Assembly: GCA_976551045.1 (NCBI GenBank)
Contig: CDPCPM010000238.1
Coordinates: 2,666,001 to 2,730,000 of the forward strand
Length of the DNA: 64,000 nucleotides
Direction of reading: 5' to 3'
Source: Glaucostegus cemiculus
Lineage: Eukaryota
This document shows positions 22,501 through 34,900 of this stretch, in pieces. Under the pieces are notes generated by a model. That model was given only the letters and a program-made list of their open reading frames with translations, was not told the DNA's origin and searched no databases. The position numbers and the translations under genes were made by a program. Numbering within the stretch: position 1 is the first letter of the stretch; each line of letters starts with the position of its first letter.

Positions 22501-24931
22501 TGCTAACCAATGCGGAGCTGCATATATCGCACAGTCTGTAGCCGAGAGACAGGATTTGGTTACATGGATGGATTAGAGTTTGAGCTTTACTATAGTTTCG
22601 GCAGCTGTTCGGTGCCCTGGATGGAGATGTCAGTGACCTCAATGTTCACTGGGAGGGTTTTCCCCAGAACGCGATCTGACCGTTGTTGTATCTCCCAAGG
22701 CACGACAGAGTTATACTGATAATTAGTTATTGCTGTGCCAGTCGTAGAACCGATAATGATGAAGGGACGTGGATCAGGAATCCAAACTCACAGCGCATTT
22801 GTCCTGCACTGTTGCCCTTTCTAATACGTACAGTGTTGAGTTGAACACATTTAGTCTGAATAGCTTCTACTGATATCAGCTCTATATTTGTCATTTGCGA
22901 ACATTGGTCTGCGTCAGTAAGATCTACAATCGGTGCTTAACTGGGATGAGAAACTATTTTTGAGGTGGTTTCAGAGTTTCTCACAAGCAATCTGTTTATT
23001 GTCTTAGTTTTTAACCTTCTTTAAGTTGTCTTCGTAACAACTCATTTATCAGCATTATTCTGAACTTCGGAAGAAACTGCAGTCTTTATTTCTCGGCCTC
23101 ACTCAGTGCTCTGCCAGTTGAAGCTCAGAAGTTCTCCACGACATGACACGGACCTATTCTCTCTCAAACAAATATTTGGTGAGAGGTTTAGCGGAAAGCG
23201 CCGTTCTCTTCTCTCTCCAGAACTTCAGCCTCGGGTTTGAGTCGTGTAAAGAGAAATCACGAGGTGCAAGGACAGGAGCGCAGGCGCTTCCCCGAGAAAC
23301 TGCTGCATCCTGCTGGTGTGTTGCAGAGGTTGAGTGTACAAAGGAAATCCTCTTGGAGTGAGACAGATGGAAATACGGGGATATTCGGTTCTGGGACTCA
23401 GGACTTGGATACCCCGACGACAAGCATCAAACCGCACCTCTCAACAGGTTATAAGATTCCTTTGTAAAATAACCATGGTGGTATGAAACGGGTTTCAGCT
23501 TCGGTTACAGACCGAGGACAAAGAGTAGATCATCCGAACCTGGAGGCCGCTCCGGTGTTCAGACAGTTCGCAGATGATTTGCGTGTCAGCCCCAATAACT
23601 GCATACCCTGCGACACCAAATCCGAACAAAACAGCTACACCTTAATCCTGAGAGGTCCATATGTTCATCTGTTTCCAGGGTGTAAGGGAAAATAGTCCCA
23701 GATTTCCGAGAATTCGGCGTAAGAGCTACTGGATTTTCGATTGAAGCCCTGGCGCCAAAAACAGAACTCGTTTGTGAATTAACACAGACCGTGGGTGTAC
23801 ACTGTTCTTCTTAGAATGTTACTACTATGGTCTGGGGTGGAATGGTTGGTTTTTAATATTGCTTAAATTAACCGAATCAGGCTGAAGATGTTAATATTAT
23901 TGCCTTGTGTTGTGAAGAGAAATCTGTACTTCCAGTCACAACCACCATTCCCACATCCATACCGCTTCAAATCCTTCCTTGAAAAACGATTCTAACAAAA
24001 TTCTAGTCTGAGTCATTAGATTAAAAACTCTCTGCACTTCATAGGAATAACACAGGTTGAATCTGAATCTTGGGTAATAGAGTAAAATTGTTTGCGTGAA
24101 TCAATCGGATGTTAATGGAAAAGACCCTCTGTGGAAACACGGAATGAGGAACAGCACAACTTTCCTCGCTCCACAGATGCCGCTTGAGGTGGTGATTATT
24201 TCCAGAGATTTCAGATTTTCGGTCCGTTGCTCAGTTTGCTTTTGGAGTTTAAACCGGGATCTGTTATCATCGGGTTTTTTCCGAGTGATAAACATTCATA
24301 ATACGCCCATCAGCGATCTTATTTTATATCGCAGGGACGTTAAGTTCCCCCACTTACGGGACACTTACCGTACACAGTGAGGTTGGAGCCTGCTCCATCT
24401 CCGATAGACTGTTGCTGAGTTTTCACCTTGCAGTAATAGTTCCCGGAGTCTGTAGCTCTGGCATTCAGGATAACGAAAGAGGCGCCGCCCTTTTTAACAG
24501 TAAATTGTTTTCTGCTGTCTGGTTCCACAGGTCTCTCCTCGCCCTGTCTCCACCAAGAAACGTGAGGAGCAGTTTGTGGCATGGAGAATGAGCAGAACAT
24601 AGAAACATTGCCTCCGCCGTGGACGGTCAGGTTTGCAGGGAATTGGTTCACTTTGCTCGATGTTACGTCGACGGCTGCCAGAAAATAAGCGAGAACATTG
24701 AAAACAGATGCGCCAAGTGGAGAAGGAAAAAGAACCAAGAGATGCAAAACATGAAGATAATTTAGAAACAACAAGCGACTGGAGAAGCACTGTAAGTAAA
24801 TTCGCGGTGGGTAACCAATGTGGAATATTCTAAACGGTGTTTGATACACGGAAACAGCACAAATAACCGAACGTACCCTGCCAAACTGTAGCCAGAAGAG
24901 TCATGTACCGAAGTGATGCTTTAACCGACAT
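16420..24931 (-). CDS. IgSF inhibitory receptor, SIRP-like VJ-C1-TM-ITIM, copy 2 (351 aa)
   Basis: Exons 24877-24931, 24369-24674, 21592-21888, 20640-20738, 19966-20009, 18117-18227, 16420-16563; splice sites intact, frame open. Confidence 0.9.
18117..18227 (-). CDS. Copy 2 cytoplasmic exon 6 (two Tyr motifs)
   Basis: Same as copy 1. Confidence 0.85.
19966..20009 (-). CDS. Copy 2 cytoplasmic exon 5
   Basis: Same as copy 1. Confidence 0.8.
20640..20738 (-). CDS. Copy 2 TM exon
   Basis: Same translation as copy 1. Confidence 0.92.
21592..21888 (-). CDS. Copy 2 C1 exon
   Basis: Same translation as copy 1. Confidence 0.95.
24369..24674 (-). CDS. Copy 2 VJ-type V exon
   Basis: VSMFC...VSWW...DSGNYYC...GDGAGSNLTV. 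Confidence 0.95.
24877..24931 (-). CDS. Copy 2 leader exon MSVKASLRYMTLLATVWQ
   Basis: ATG, phase-1 donor GTACGT. Confidence 0.8.
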
Positions 24932-25092
24932 ATTGCAAAACATTGATTTGGCCCCTTGCTGCGAATGAGGGAAGTGACCTCAACGGTCCGTGTAAGAACC
25001 TGTATTTATGAGCAACTACTTGACGCTTGAGATTGTGACATAGAATATCAGATGACAGTGAAGCGGCTTCTGTTTTAACGGAGACCCCTCCT

Positions 25093-25360
25093 GGTTAGCA
25101 CAATGCTTTACAGGGCCAGCGACCCGGGTTCAAATCTAGCCACTGTCTGTAAGAAGTTTTATACCTTCTCCCCATGTCTGCATGGGTTTCCTCCGGGTGC
25201 TCCGGTTTCCTCTGACATTCCAAAGACGTACGGGTTAGGAAGTTATGTGCGTACTAAGTTGGCGCCGGAAGTAGGGCAACACTTGCGGGCTGCCCCCCAA
25301 AATCAATACGCAAAAGATGTATTTCACTGTGTTTCGACGTACACTTGACTAATAAAGATC
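25093..25360 (+). mobile_element. HE1/V-SINE upstream of copy 2
   Basis: Paralog of 9770-10037. Confidence 0.88.
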
Positions 25361-25625
25361 TCCCTGGTGAAAATGTTCTATCTGAGTTACAACCCTCTCC
25401 CAGACTTTAACGTGGCACCGTGAGTACACGACAGAGGCACTCACAATATATGGCAATAGAGGATCCTGGGACCAGAAGCAATCTCTAAATGAACAAAATG
25501 CCGTTCATTCACGTATTGTATTAGTTATCTCCTTTCAAGTATATTTTCTGATACGCTGTTTCTGATATCTGTTTCAGCTGAAGATAGCAGACAATATTTC
25601 CAATTGATCCTCACCCCTGGTGTTT

Positions 25626-25628
<3 letters not shown>

Positions 25629-25670
<42 letters not shown>
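25629..25670. repeat. (AT)21 microsatellite, expanded only in unit 2
   Basis: Only ~4-5 repeats at the homologous sites near 10306 and 40994. Confidence 0.95.
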
Positions 25671-25672
<2 letters not shown>

Positions 25673-28600
25673 TGCATATAAAAGACTGTATGATGCAGGG
25701 TATATTGAAGACTATAGTTAGTTTGTGAATGACAGAAAAATTCGTGGTGGAATGGATGGTGGATTGTTGTCTAAGGCTACAGAAGGACATGGAAGAGACG
25801 AAATGTTGGACAGAGCTTTGGCAGCTGAAATTTAATCTAGGCAAGATGCGTCTGGGGAAGGTAAGCAGAGATAGGACACACACAGAAAATAGTAGTGGAC
25901 TAAGGAATACTGGTGAACAGAAGAACTATCGATCCCTGAAAGTGGCAACAGGGTAGATAAGGAGGCAAAGAAGGCATATGACGTATTTGGTTTCATCGGC
26001 TGGGATAAAGAAAATAAAAGATGGGATCTTATGTTCCAAATTTACAAAACACCCGTTTGTCCGCATTTGGAGTATTGTGTGCGGTTCTGGTCGTCACCTT
26101 TTACGAAGGATGTGGTTGGGCTGGAGAGAGTGAAGAGGGCATTCACCAGGATGTCGTATTGATTGGAGGACTTTAGTTACGGTGGGTGATTGGATAGCTG
26201 GGCTTGTTTTTATTGGAGCATAGGAGGATGAGGGGCAAACCTGCAGAGGTATATAATATGACAAGAGGCATAGAAAGGGTAGATAGTCAGAATCGATACC
26301 CCATTGTAGGAGTATGAAAAAGGAGGTCATGGGTTAATTTGAAAGAGAAGAGTTTGCCAAAAGATTTGAGGGGAAATGTTTGTTTTTACACGAAGAGTAG
26401 TTGATATTTGGAACTCGTTTCCTGTTGCAATCTTATATGGTCTCTATATTTCAGATACATTTAGAGCGGCACTTTAACAGGCAAATGATAGAAGCAAAAG
26501 GAGTTTATCTAGGCAAGCGGGAATAGTTTAGGTGGGCAAATAGGTTAGCAGTTATGTACAGGGTTGAAGGACCCGTTATACACTGTCTAGTTCTTTGACT
26601 CTGTCGCCGTCACCACATCCAGGGATCTGAGCACACTTCCAGTTGAGCAGAGATTTTCCTCCATCCTGGTTTATCTCATCGTTGCTGGCGATGGGGCCTC
26701 CTTTACGTTGGTGAAACCAAGCGTAGACTTGTTGAACATTTTGCAGAGTACCTGCCGTCTGTCAGAAATAGCCATCTTGAGTTTCCCGCTGCATGTAATT
26801 TCAACTCTCCCTCCCGTCCCCATACCAACCTATCTGTCTTTGGCCTTCTTCACTGCCGCAGTGAGTCCAGCGCAAACTAAAAGTACAGCACTTCAAATTC
26901 GACTCAGATGGCATGAAGATGGAATTTTCTATTTTTGGGTAACCCACTCAGCCCTTGCTCCTTTCTCACTCCAAGGTTCTCTCTCCCTTTGTTTACTTCT
27001 ACCATCCCCCCCCCCCCCCCCCCGTTATTTAGACATCACCCTCCCAAACCTGGTTCCTCCCATCTGTCCATCATCCCTCCCTTATCTGGTTCCACTTAGT
27101 ACTTACCACCCCCTATCTCACCCCTCCCTCTCACTTCTATATACTACCTTCCATCTACACTCTCAGCCCTGATGCAGGGTGTTGACTCCATATCTCAGCC
27201 ATCCGATTGTCTCCACAGACTCTGCTCGACCTGCTGAGTTCCTCCACTAGTTCAATTTATTATGCCAGATTCCAATATCTGCAGTCTCTCTTGTTTACAA
27301 AATCAACATCTCAATCAGTTGTTCAAAAATGTTTTCTTGCCGAAATCATTTTGTAAATGAAATGCAGAAATTATAATAATTAAAAGTTTTCAATGCAGTT
27401 TATCGGCCTGATAGGGTTGACGACCCTTAATCAGCAATTGCCAGTTCTGATAAAACCTGAAACTTAAAGTGGTTTCTTTGTCCACTGACGCGGCTTGACT
27501 AACTACGTTCTTCCATCATTTCTGTTTACGTTTCAGATTCCGGCATCTGCAATTTTATTTGTTCTCCACACGGTGTTCTCTTGTTGGAACCGCATGTAGT
27601 TCCGTTTCCTACCACTGGGAGGGTTTTATCACATCACTGAGATTCCCCGTTGCTCAGTGGCGCAGCTCCGATCAGCTGTGAGGGCACTAACATGAGAGGC
27701 GCAGTCTGAGTGACTGCAGCGGTTGTCCGAATTTCAGAAGCGGCGCTGTTCCCAGTGTCACCGACACTAACGTACAGTGGGCGCTGCTGGGCGATGGAGT
27801 TCCCTTGTGGAATAAAGTGTACAGGTGACAGTGGGGTTGGAATAAATTACCTGGGATGGCATGTGCTCTAAAGGGTCGAGGATGGAGCCGGAAGGTCGGG
27901 GCGGAAGGAAGAGGCAGCCGAAGCGGGAGGTTACGGAAATTAACCCTTTGTTGCTGGAAGCGAAGGAGAAAGTGAGCGAGGCCTGGAGCCAGGTGCTCGA
28001 GTACTCGCAACGTGAGGGAAGTGCAGAGGGCCCTGGAATACGGGGCTGCAATGAGAGATAGGAGGTTCCGTGGGTGGACCAGCGGGAACATCGTGGCCGG
28101 AGTTCATGTATCAGCACGGCTCACTCTTGTACGAGTCAGACAATCATGCATTCGGGTCTATTCGAAGATTGGGGCGCCTAATCTGGGCTGAGACTTTAGT
28201 GAAAGAGAATATAAAAGCACAAGAAATAAACAAACAAATACAGTTCTCAAATCATTGTCACGCTAAAGCAAGACTTTATTACTTCAGTGCTTCAACTCTC
28301 ACTGTGGCACTTGCCTCCAAATTTCTCGCTGTACTTGAGTGTTTTATTTCTGTTTCTAATGAACCAGCGTCGAATGATTGTGTTCGCCTCCGTACTACAA
28401 CGTCAACACTGACGAGTTTTGCACTGTTTAACAAATATTTCATGTTTCTGCTCTTCTTACCAAACTGGTAAACCCAATACTTCCCCACATTATATCCCAC
28501 TTGCCATCGATTTGCCTGCTCAGTCTTACTGTGTTGTGGATCCGCATTGCCCTCACAGCTCCGCGTTCACGGAGCTTTGTATAGTCAGTAAAGTTGGATA

Positions 28601-31600
28601 CACTACACCAATTGGTAAATTCACCAATTTACATTGTAAGTAGCTGAGGCCCATATATGGGCTCCGTGTCAGATTATGACGAGTAGGGAGCCAATCTGAA
28701 AAGGTAACAACCTTAGTTTAATAGTAGTGTACCCGAGTAATCTTCCAGCAATCAGTATTTTCTCCTATTTCAGATACTATTTGTCTCCTATTGTTTAAAC
28801 CTCCAACACATTTCACCACTATACCACTCTCTCGATCTTTCCTGGTGTCTGACTTATCACAATTTCTTTTGTTCTTTCTCCACCTCCCCTCTTTCTGCAT
28901 ATTGTTATATTTCAACATTTTCCCAGTTCTGCTGGATGTTAATCAAACTGCAATATTAACCCGTTGTCTCTTTCCTCTTGCCTGACTTGCTGAATATTTT
29001 CAGCATTTTCTGTCCCTTTAATGGTTTTACTTTTCTGTCTGTTCCAAGTACATTTTTCGGAACCGGCCCCGCCTACGTGCTTTATTTGAGGGCTGCACTA
29101 AAGCATGCTGAGGAAGAATTGCTGATCAGATACTAGGGTTGTTTTCTCCACTATTGTCCACTAAGATCAGACAGCGGGTGTCTTCTTCAATGTCACACAA
29201 CAGCAGTGCTGCACCAAAGTGTTTGTCAGTCTAGGTGACATTTCAGTCTTATAACATGATTCAGAGGTGACAGGACTGCTACTTTCTCAAAGCACACATC
29301 TGTAGACTTCTTCCAGCCATTGAGGGGTGCTGCCTGCACCACGATGGCATGCCAGTAATTTCTGAAGGCGGGAAATGTACTCTCAGGTTCTCTGATAGGG
29401 ACCTTGAGAAATTTGTGCACCACATCATCCACAGGACGAACGTCCACTGTTCAAGAGGATCAGGGGGCGCAGGCACGAGGGGTGTAGCTATTGTGATTGA
29501 AAACTTAGGGAGCGTTTTGTCAGGCCCATGCTCCCGTCCTCCTCCCCATGTAGTTGTTGACAAAAATAAATAGCAACTTTCACTCACGTTTGCCGGGGTC
29601 ATTTCTTGGAGCCGTTTGCAATTCTCAATCTTATATTGGGATTAAAAAAAACCATTTTAGCGGAACATAGATTTGATACAGGAGCAGAAGGTTTTACACT
29701 GGGTTAAAAAACAGGCATCCTTTCTAATATGGCACATCTGGCAAATCTAACAGCAACCTTTCAGGACTATTGCCAGATTGAAGCCTTATTTGACATCTTC
29801 CCGACGACGTGAGGGATCTGCAATGCAGAGTGAACATGTGACTGATTAATCTGATCCTCTGGGCTGATATACAAGTAGAGGAAGTGCGGTAGTGTGATGT
29901 AAAGAGGGTTAATGTCCTTCACAACCCCAATCTGGGGGTATCAGAAACCTATGAGGTGTAGCATATATCTGCAAAGGCACACTGGAAGGATCATGAGTTT
30001 GGGAAGTTAAGTGGTAGACTTTGTCTTCCACCGTGAGAGCAGGCCAGACACATACGTCATTGGTTATAGAGCAGTAAAAACAAGCCATTCAGTCCTCTGA
30101 GCCTGCATTAACCGTAAACGTCCATTAACCCTAATTCTACTAATTCTATATTAATCTAATTTTTGCTCTCCCAACATATATATATTGATATATAAATATA
30201 ATGTATTATATAAATAGAATATAATATACTTATATAAATATATAATAGATAATCCATCTCGGCCACTTCTCGAAATTCACACCATCACAGAAGCCAGTCG
30301 TCAGCAAATTTGATCCACACCGCGTGATATTCAGGAAAGTATGAACCCACTAGATACATTAAAGGAAATGGCAGCAGCCAACATTCCAGCTGGAGTTCTG
30401 AAGACCTGTGCTCAAGGACTAGCCAAGCCTTTTCAGTGCAGATCTGGGTGAAAGCGATGTTCAGGTGAAGTTATTGCAAAGGCATTGCTCTGCACTTTAG
30501 ATTATTCCTTTTGTTCGGGAGAGATGACAAACTGCTGCTTGTTTGTCATTAATGGTTGACTAAAAGCTCCTACTGTTGCTCTTTGAAATGGTAGTTCTGT
30601 AGGTTAGGCAGTGAGTTTCCTTTTTACCCCAGTTATTGCCCTTGACAACCTACCATTGTACACCACAACAAAACTACATTATATCTCATGGTTCACTAGT
30701 TAATGTAGGTATCTCTCCGCTCCAGTAACAACTTAGTCCTAACTCCTGCGGCTACTGTTGTGGAGCTTGCATATTCTTCATCTGCCTGTGTGGGTTTTCC
30801 CCAGGTTCTTCAGTTCCCTCCCACTTTAAAACACGCTGGTTGGTTGCCTGCTGTAAATTGTCCCTGGTGTACGTGGGTAGCAGGAGTTAAGGGACATGGG
30901 AGAGAGAATCGGTTGCAGAGAAATGATGAATGGGACTTCCGAGAGCTGGCACAGATATGATAAGCCAAATGGCCTAATCATAATCAAGTATGATGTAGTA
31001 CCAGCAGACCTGTACTAATTTACTTGCATGAGTGCATTTCTACCTGCTTCCAGCGGTCTGCAAATGCTGGCCAGACTTCACAGTTGTTCTTATGCGCAGC
31101 AGTTACTTTATTGAAAGGCTGGTCTCCAATCCCAAATATTCTAGGTGATTATGGAGCCTGCAATTTGAATCTACTTTAAAATCTACCTATACATGTCGAA
31201 GTCTTTCTGTACATATGTTTGAACCTGGAGAAAATGAAAACATTTCTATAGTGGGACTAGACTGCAACTTCTAGTTGTTCCGCCCGCTTCAGTTCAGCCC
31301 ATGGTAATTGTTTAGGGAAGGGTGCATTTCTCTCGTGGTTCAGTGGTTGTAAATTCCTTCTCTGTTTTGTATGCAGGCAGGTGCCAATCACAGCAACTAA
31401 CAGACATGAAGCCTCGGGTGGATTTGAAAACAAAAGTAGTTTTAATACGTTGAAAATAACATTATTTTTAAGAAGTTGAATAAATGGGTATTTGCTTACA
31501 GGACGGAAGTTATCATGCGCTGACCCTGCGAAATGTTAATAACATCACACTAAATGCACGGTGCGCTTCCAGAAGACAGCATAAGTGGGCGAGCGCAGGA

Positions 31601-31783
31601 TTTGAATTTGCGCCCTGCGTAAAACTGCCTTGGACGTTAAAAACGCAGGTAGCTGACGGGCCGGTTTCCAACTCCGCCAGATTATCGGCTGACTGCTGAA
31701 GTTGGAAAGACCTCCTCCCTGCTCCCCTGTGATGTGGATCGTCAGTCCTTCGGCCGGCAGCAACACGCGATTTGGATCCTCCT

Positions 31784-31927
31784 TCATTCACGGTCCCACG
31801 TTCTCTTTGAAGTATTTACACCTGCGTACACTGAGTGCTTGTCCTGATGTTTAGGTGCTGATGTTTTGTTGGATTTAGGAAGGTTCAGGGCGGCGTAAGT
31901 CAGTTTGTCAGCCCCGCCTCCTTTAGT
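31784..31927 (-). CDS. Copy 3 terminal ITIM exon
   Basis: Same as copy 1. Confidence 0.88.
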   Translation of the reverse strand, partial: TKGGGADKLTYAALNLPKSNKTSAPKHQDKHSVYAGVNTSKRTWDRE

Positions 31928-34900
31928 CTGTGAAAGTAATTCAATATCGTTTGTTATTGAATACGGGAAGCAATCGATTTTTTAAACATCTTTGATCAGT
32001 ATCAGACGGTGGCCGATTTATTAAGATCTTTTCTTACTCCGATTTTCTTATCTGATTATACTGAGCCTTAATTCTAGGAGCCATTCCAGGCTCCACAGAG
32101 CAACGTTTACTTCCGTATTTACTATTGATATGTTAGGTTGTTGACAGTGTAATCTATCTGAAGAAACAGGTAAACACTTAAAGTAGCATTTATATAACTA
32201 AATTCTTAGAATGCTAAGACATTGATGCATATTTTAGCTTTCGGCGTCTGTTCCCAGAAAACTGCTCATATAGTGGGAGAGCGGTGTTACTGACGGGGCT
32301 GCTGTGCTGGGGACCAAGTTAAGGAAAGACACTTCGCTGGCGCTCCGATCTCAATTAAAGAAGTCAGCGATCCAGTCGCCGCGTGGTCCGATGTGGAGTT
32401 AGCCACCCTAATATGCAATGGTTATTTGTGAGGGTTGCTATTGGGCAAGATGGGTGGTGCAGGGGGGCCTAGAGTGGCTGTGATGCATGGCTCAGTGCTG
32501 AATCTTGGGCGGCAAGGTAAGTGCGGACCAATGGTACTGACAAGCTTCAGACCACCCGAATCCCACAATCCCTGCCATCGCCTCCGGCTGGGGGTGATGC
32601 AAGTTGCTGATTACCCTTTTTCCCAGCCCCGAGATTTCTCTGTGTTCACAAGGGACCACACTAAGGTTACTGTATCCAAACCTCAGGGTTTGGAGAGGTG
32701 TTCTGCCAAAAAAAAGAGAGGCATCGAACAGGAGGTGATGGGCAGACCCTTCTCACGCCAATCCAGAGGAATGATGCCTGGACTGAAGGGACTGAGTTGC
32801 AAAGAGACTTTGGGAAGACTGGAGACACAGATGCTGGGATATGGAGCAACAACCAAAATGCTGGAGGAACTCAGTGGGTCAGGAAGCATCTGTGAAGGGA
32901 AATGGACAGTCGCCGTTTCTGGTGGAGACCTTTCAAGTCATCTGCACTGATGAAGGGTCAGGATGAAGGGTCTCAATCTGAAAGATCAACAGTTCATTAA
33001 CCTCCACAGATACTGCCTGCTCCGCTGAGTACCTCCAGCATTTTGTTTGTTACAATGGGTAGGTTGGTACTGACTTCCCTGGAATGAAGGGGGTTGAACG
33101 GTGACTTTATAAAGGGTTATAAAATTATAAGGGGGTGTGGATAGGGTAGATAATCAGTCTTTTTCCCATGGCCGGGGAGTCTAGAAAAAGAGGATAGATG
33201 TGGGTGTCAGAAGATTGAAAAGGGATCAGAGGGGCAAGTTTTCCACACAGAGAGTGCTGGGTATATGGAACAAGCTATCAGAAAATGTGGTAGAGGCAGG
33301 TAATATTACAGCATATAAAAGACATTTGGACAGGTACGTGGATAGGAAAGGTTTAGAGGCATATGTGCCAAACGCAGGCAAATGGGATTAGCAGAGATAG
33401 ACATCTAGTTCGGCACTGACGAGTTAGTAGAATGGCCCATTTCCGTGCTGTACGATTCCATGAATCCCTCGGGTATACCTGGGAATAAATGACATGTTCC
33501 TCCTGGCGTCGACCTTTGGTAAATCCTTTGTCCGCTCTCAAGTTTAGTGTAGCGTAGGCAGTGGTATGTTTAACTGGTGCTTGTCTAGCCTGTTCCAATA
33601 AGACATTTAACACTGTTAGCGGCGAGTCTGATGGAGCGGATAGCTGCCTTAAGCTAGAACGGAATCTTAATTTGTAAACACACAGATCGATAAAATTGGG
33701 GCCCAGTAACATTCTACAATCAATGACAGTGCCCAGTATCTTACACGTGGGAGGATGTAAATTTCTAAATGTAAATACTTTGGCTCTCAAGTCAGAATGG
33801 CTTTCAAGCTACAGCTTAAAATTTACCCTGTGAATAATATAAACTTCTCAATTCCAGCATCCCCTCCTTCCCCCTTATCTTTATCTTTCGACTTTCCAAA
33901 ATATTTTTTTGTTGTTGTTGAATGCAGTGGCATCGGTCCCCTTCTCTTTCTCAGCGAGCATGGTCTCTTGAAGTGGTCAAGAGCAGGGTCAGAGACTGAC
34001 GTTTGCCTTATTCATTTCCCGGTACTTATAACCCTAGGTCTCTAACAGAATGTATGATCTAATCACTCCCCCCTTTCCCATTTTCTAATTTAGGGATACC
34101 GGGGAGACCTGAAGCACTGTTCCAGACAGACGGACAGTCTTCCGCCTCTTCCTATCTATTTGGTTCCCTTGCGGAATAATTCCATGAAGGAAGTTAGGGT
34201 CTGGTGAGATACTTACGATTGAAACAGGGAAGGGAATTGGATAGACATGCCGCGTTAACTACAGATATTTATTTTGGCATGACTAAAGCATGGCGTACAG
34301 AAGGAAGAAGTATTCCTATAGGTCACTTACTGGGTCTCAGCTGAAATATTGCACTAAAATCTGGGCACAACATCCTGAGAAAAACCTGTCTAGATCTGGG
34401 GAAAAAAGTTGCGAAGGAAATGTTTTAGTATGACACCAGCGATGAAAGACTAACTTATGCCAAGGATATCTAAAGCAGTTGTGATCGTTCTGCTTGTATC
34501 AGCTAGGATTAAAGATGTAATAAATATTTGAAGGATTTTGAATGAGTAATTACGGAGGAACTATTTGCACTACTAAATGAGTGATATAGAAAATGATATA
34601 AGAAATTTGCCAGAAGAATTGAAGAAAGATGTCGGGAATATTTTTATTTTTCTCAGTCATAGTTTCAGGATTGAGGACGTGTTGCTTCAACTCTGTTTCT
34701 GAGTAAGGGAACGGGTTTTTGTGTGAATTCTTTTAATGGAGATGGCTGTTGGACACCAGTCAACAAACGGTCTTGACAGAGGAGATCTAATTGGCAAGCC
34801 ATTGTCAAGCAGATTCAAGACGGCTGGAAACAAGATTCTGCTGCACAGCCGTTACTTTGGTACAGGGACCAGAACTGCACAGGAACCGCCCAACAAGGGT

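Larger units (their letters stand above)
15297..30660. repeat. Tandem duplication unit 2
   Basis: Near-identical to unit 1 except around the V exon and promoter, plus scattered SNPs, homopolymer changes and an (AT)n expansion. Confidence 0.97.
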
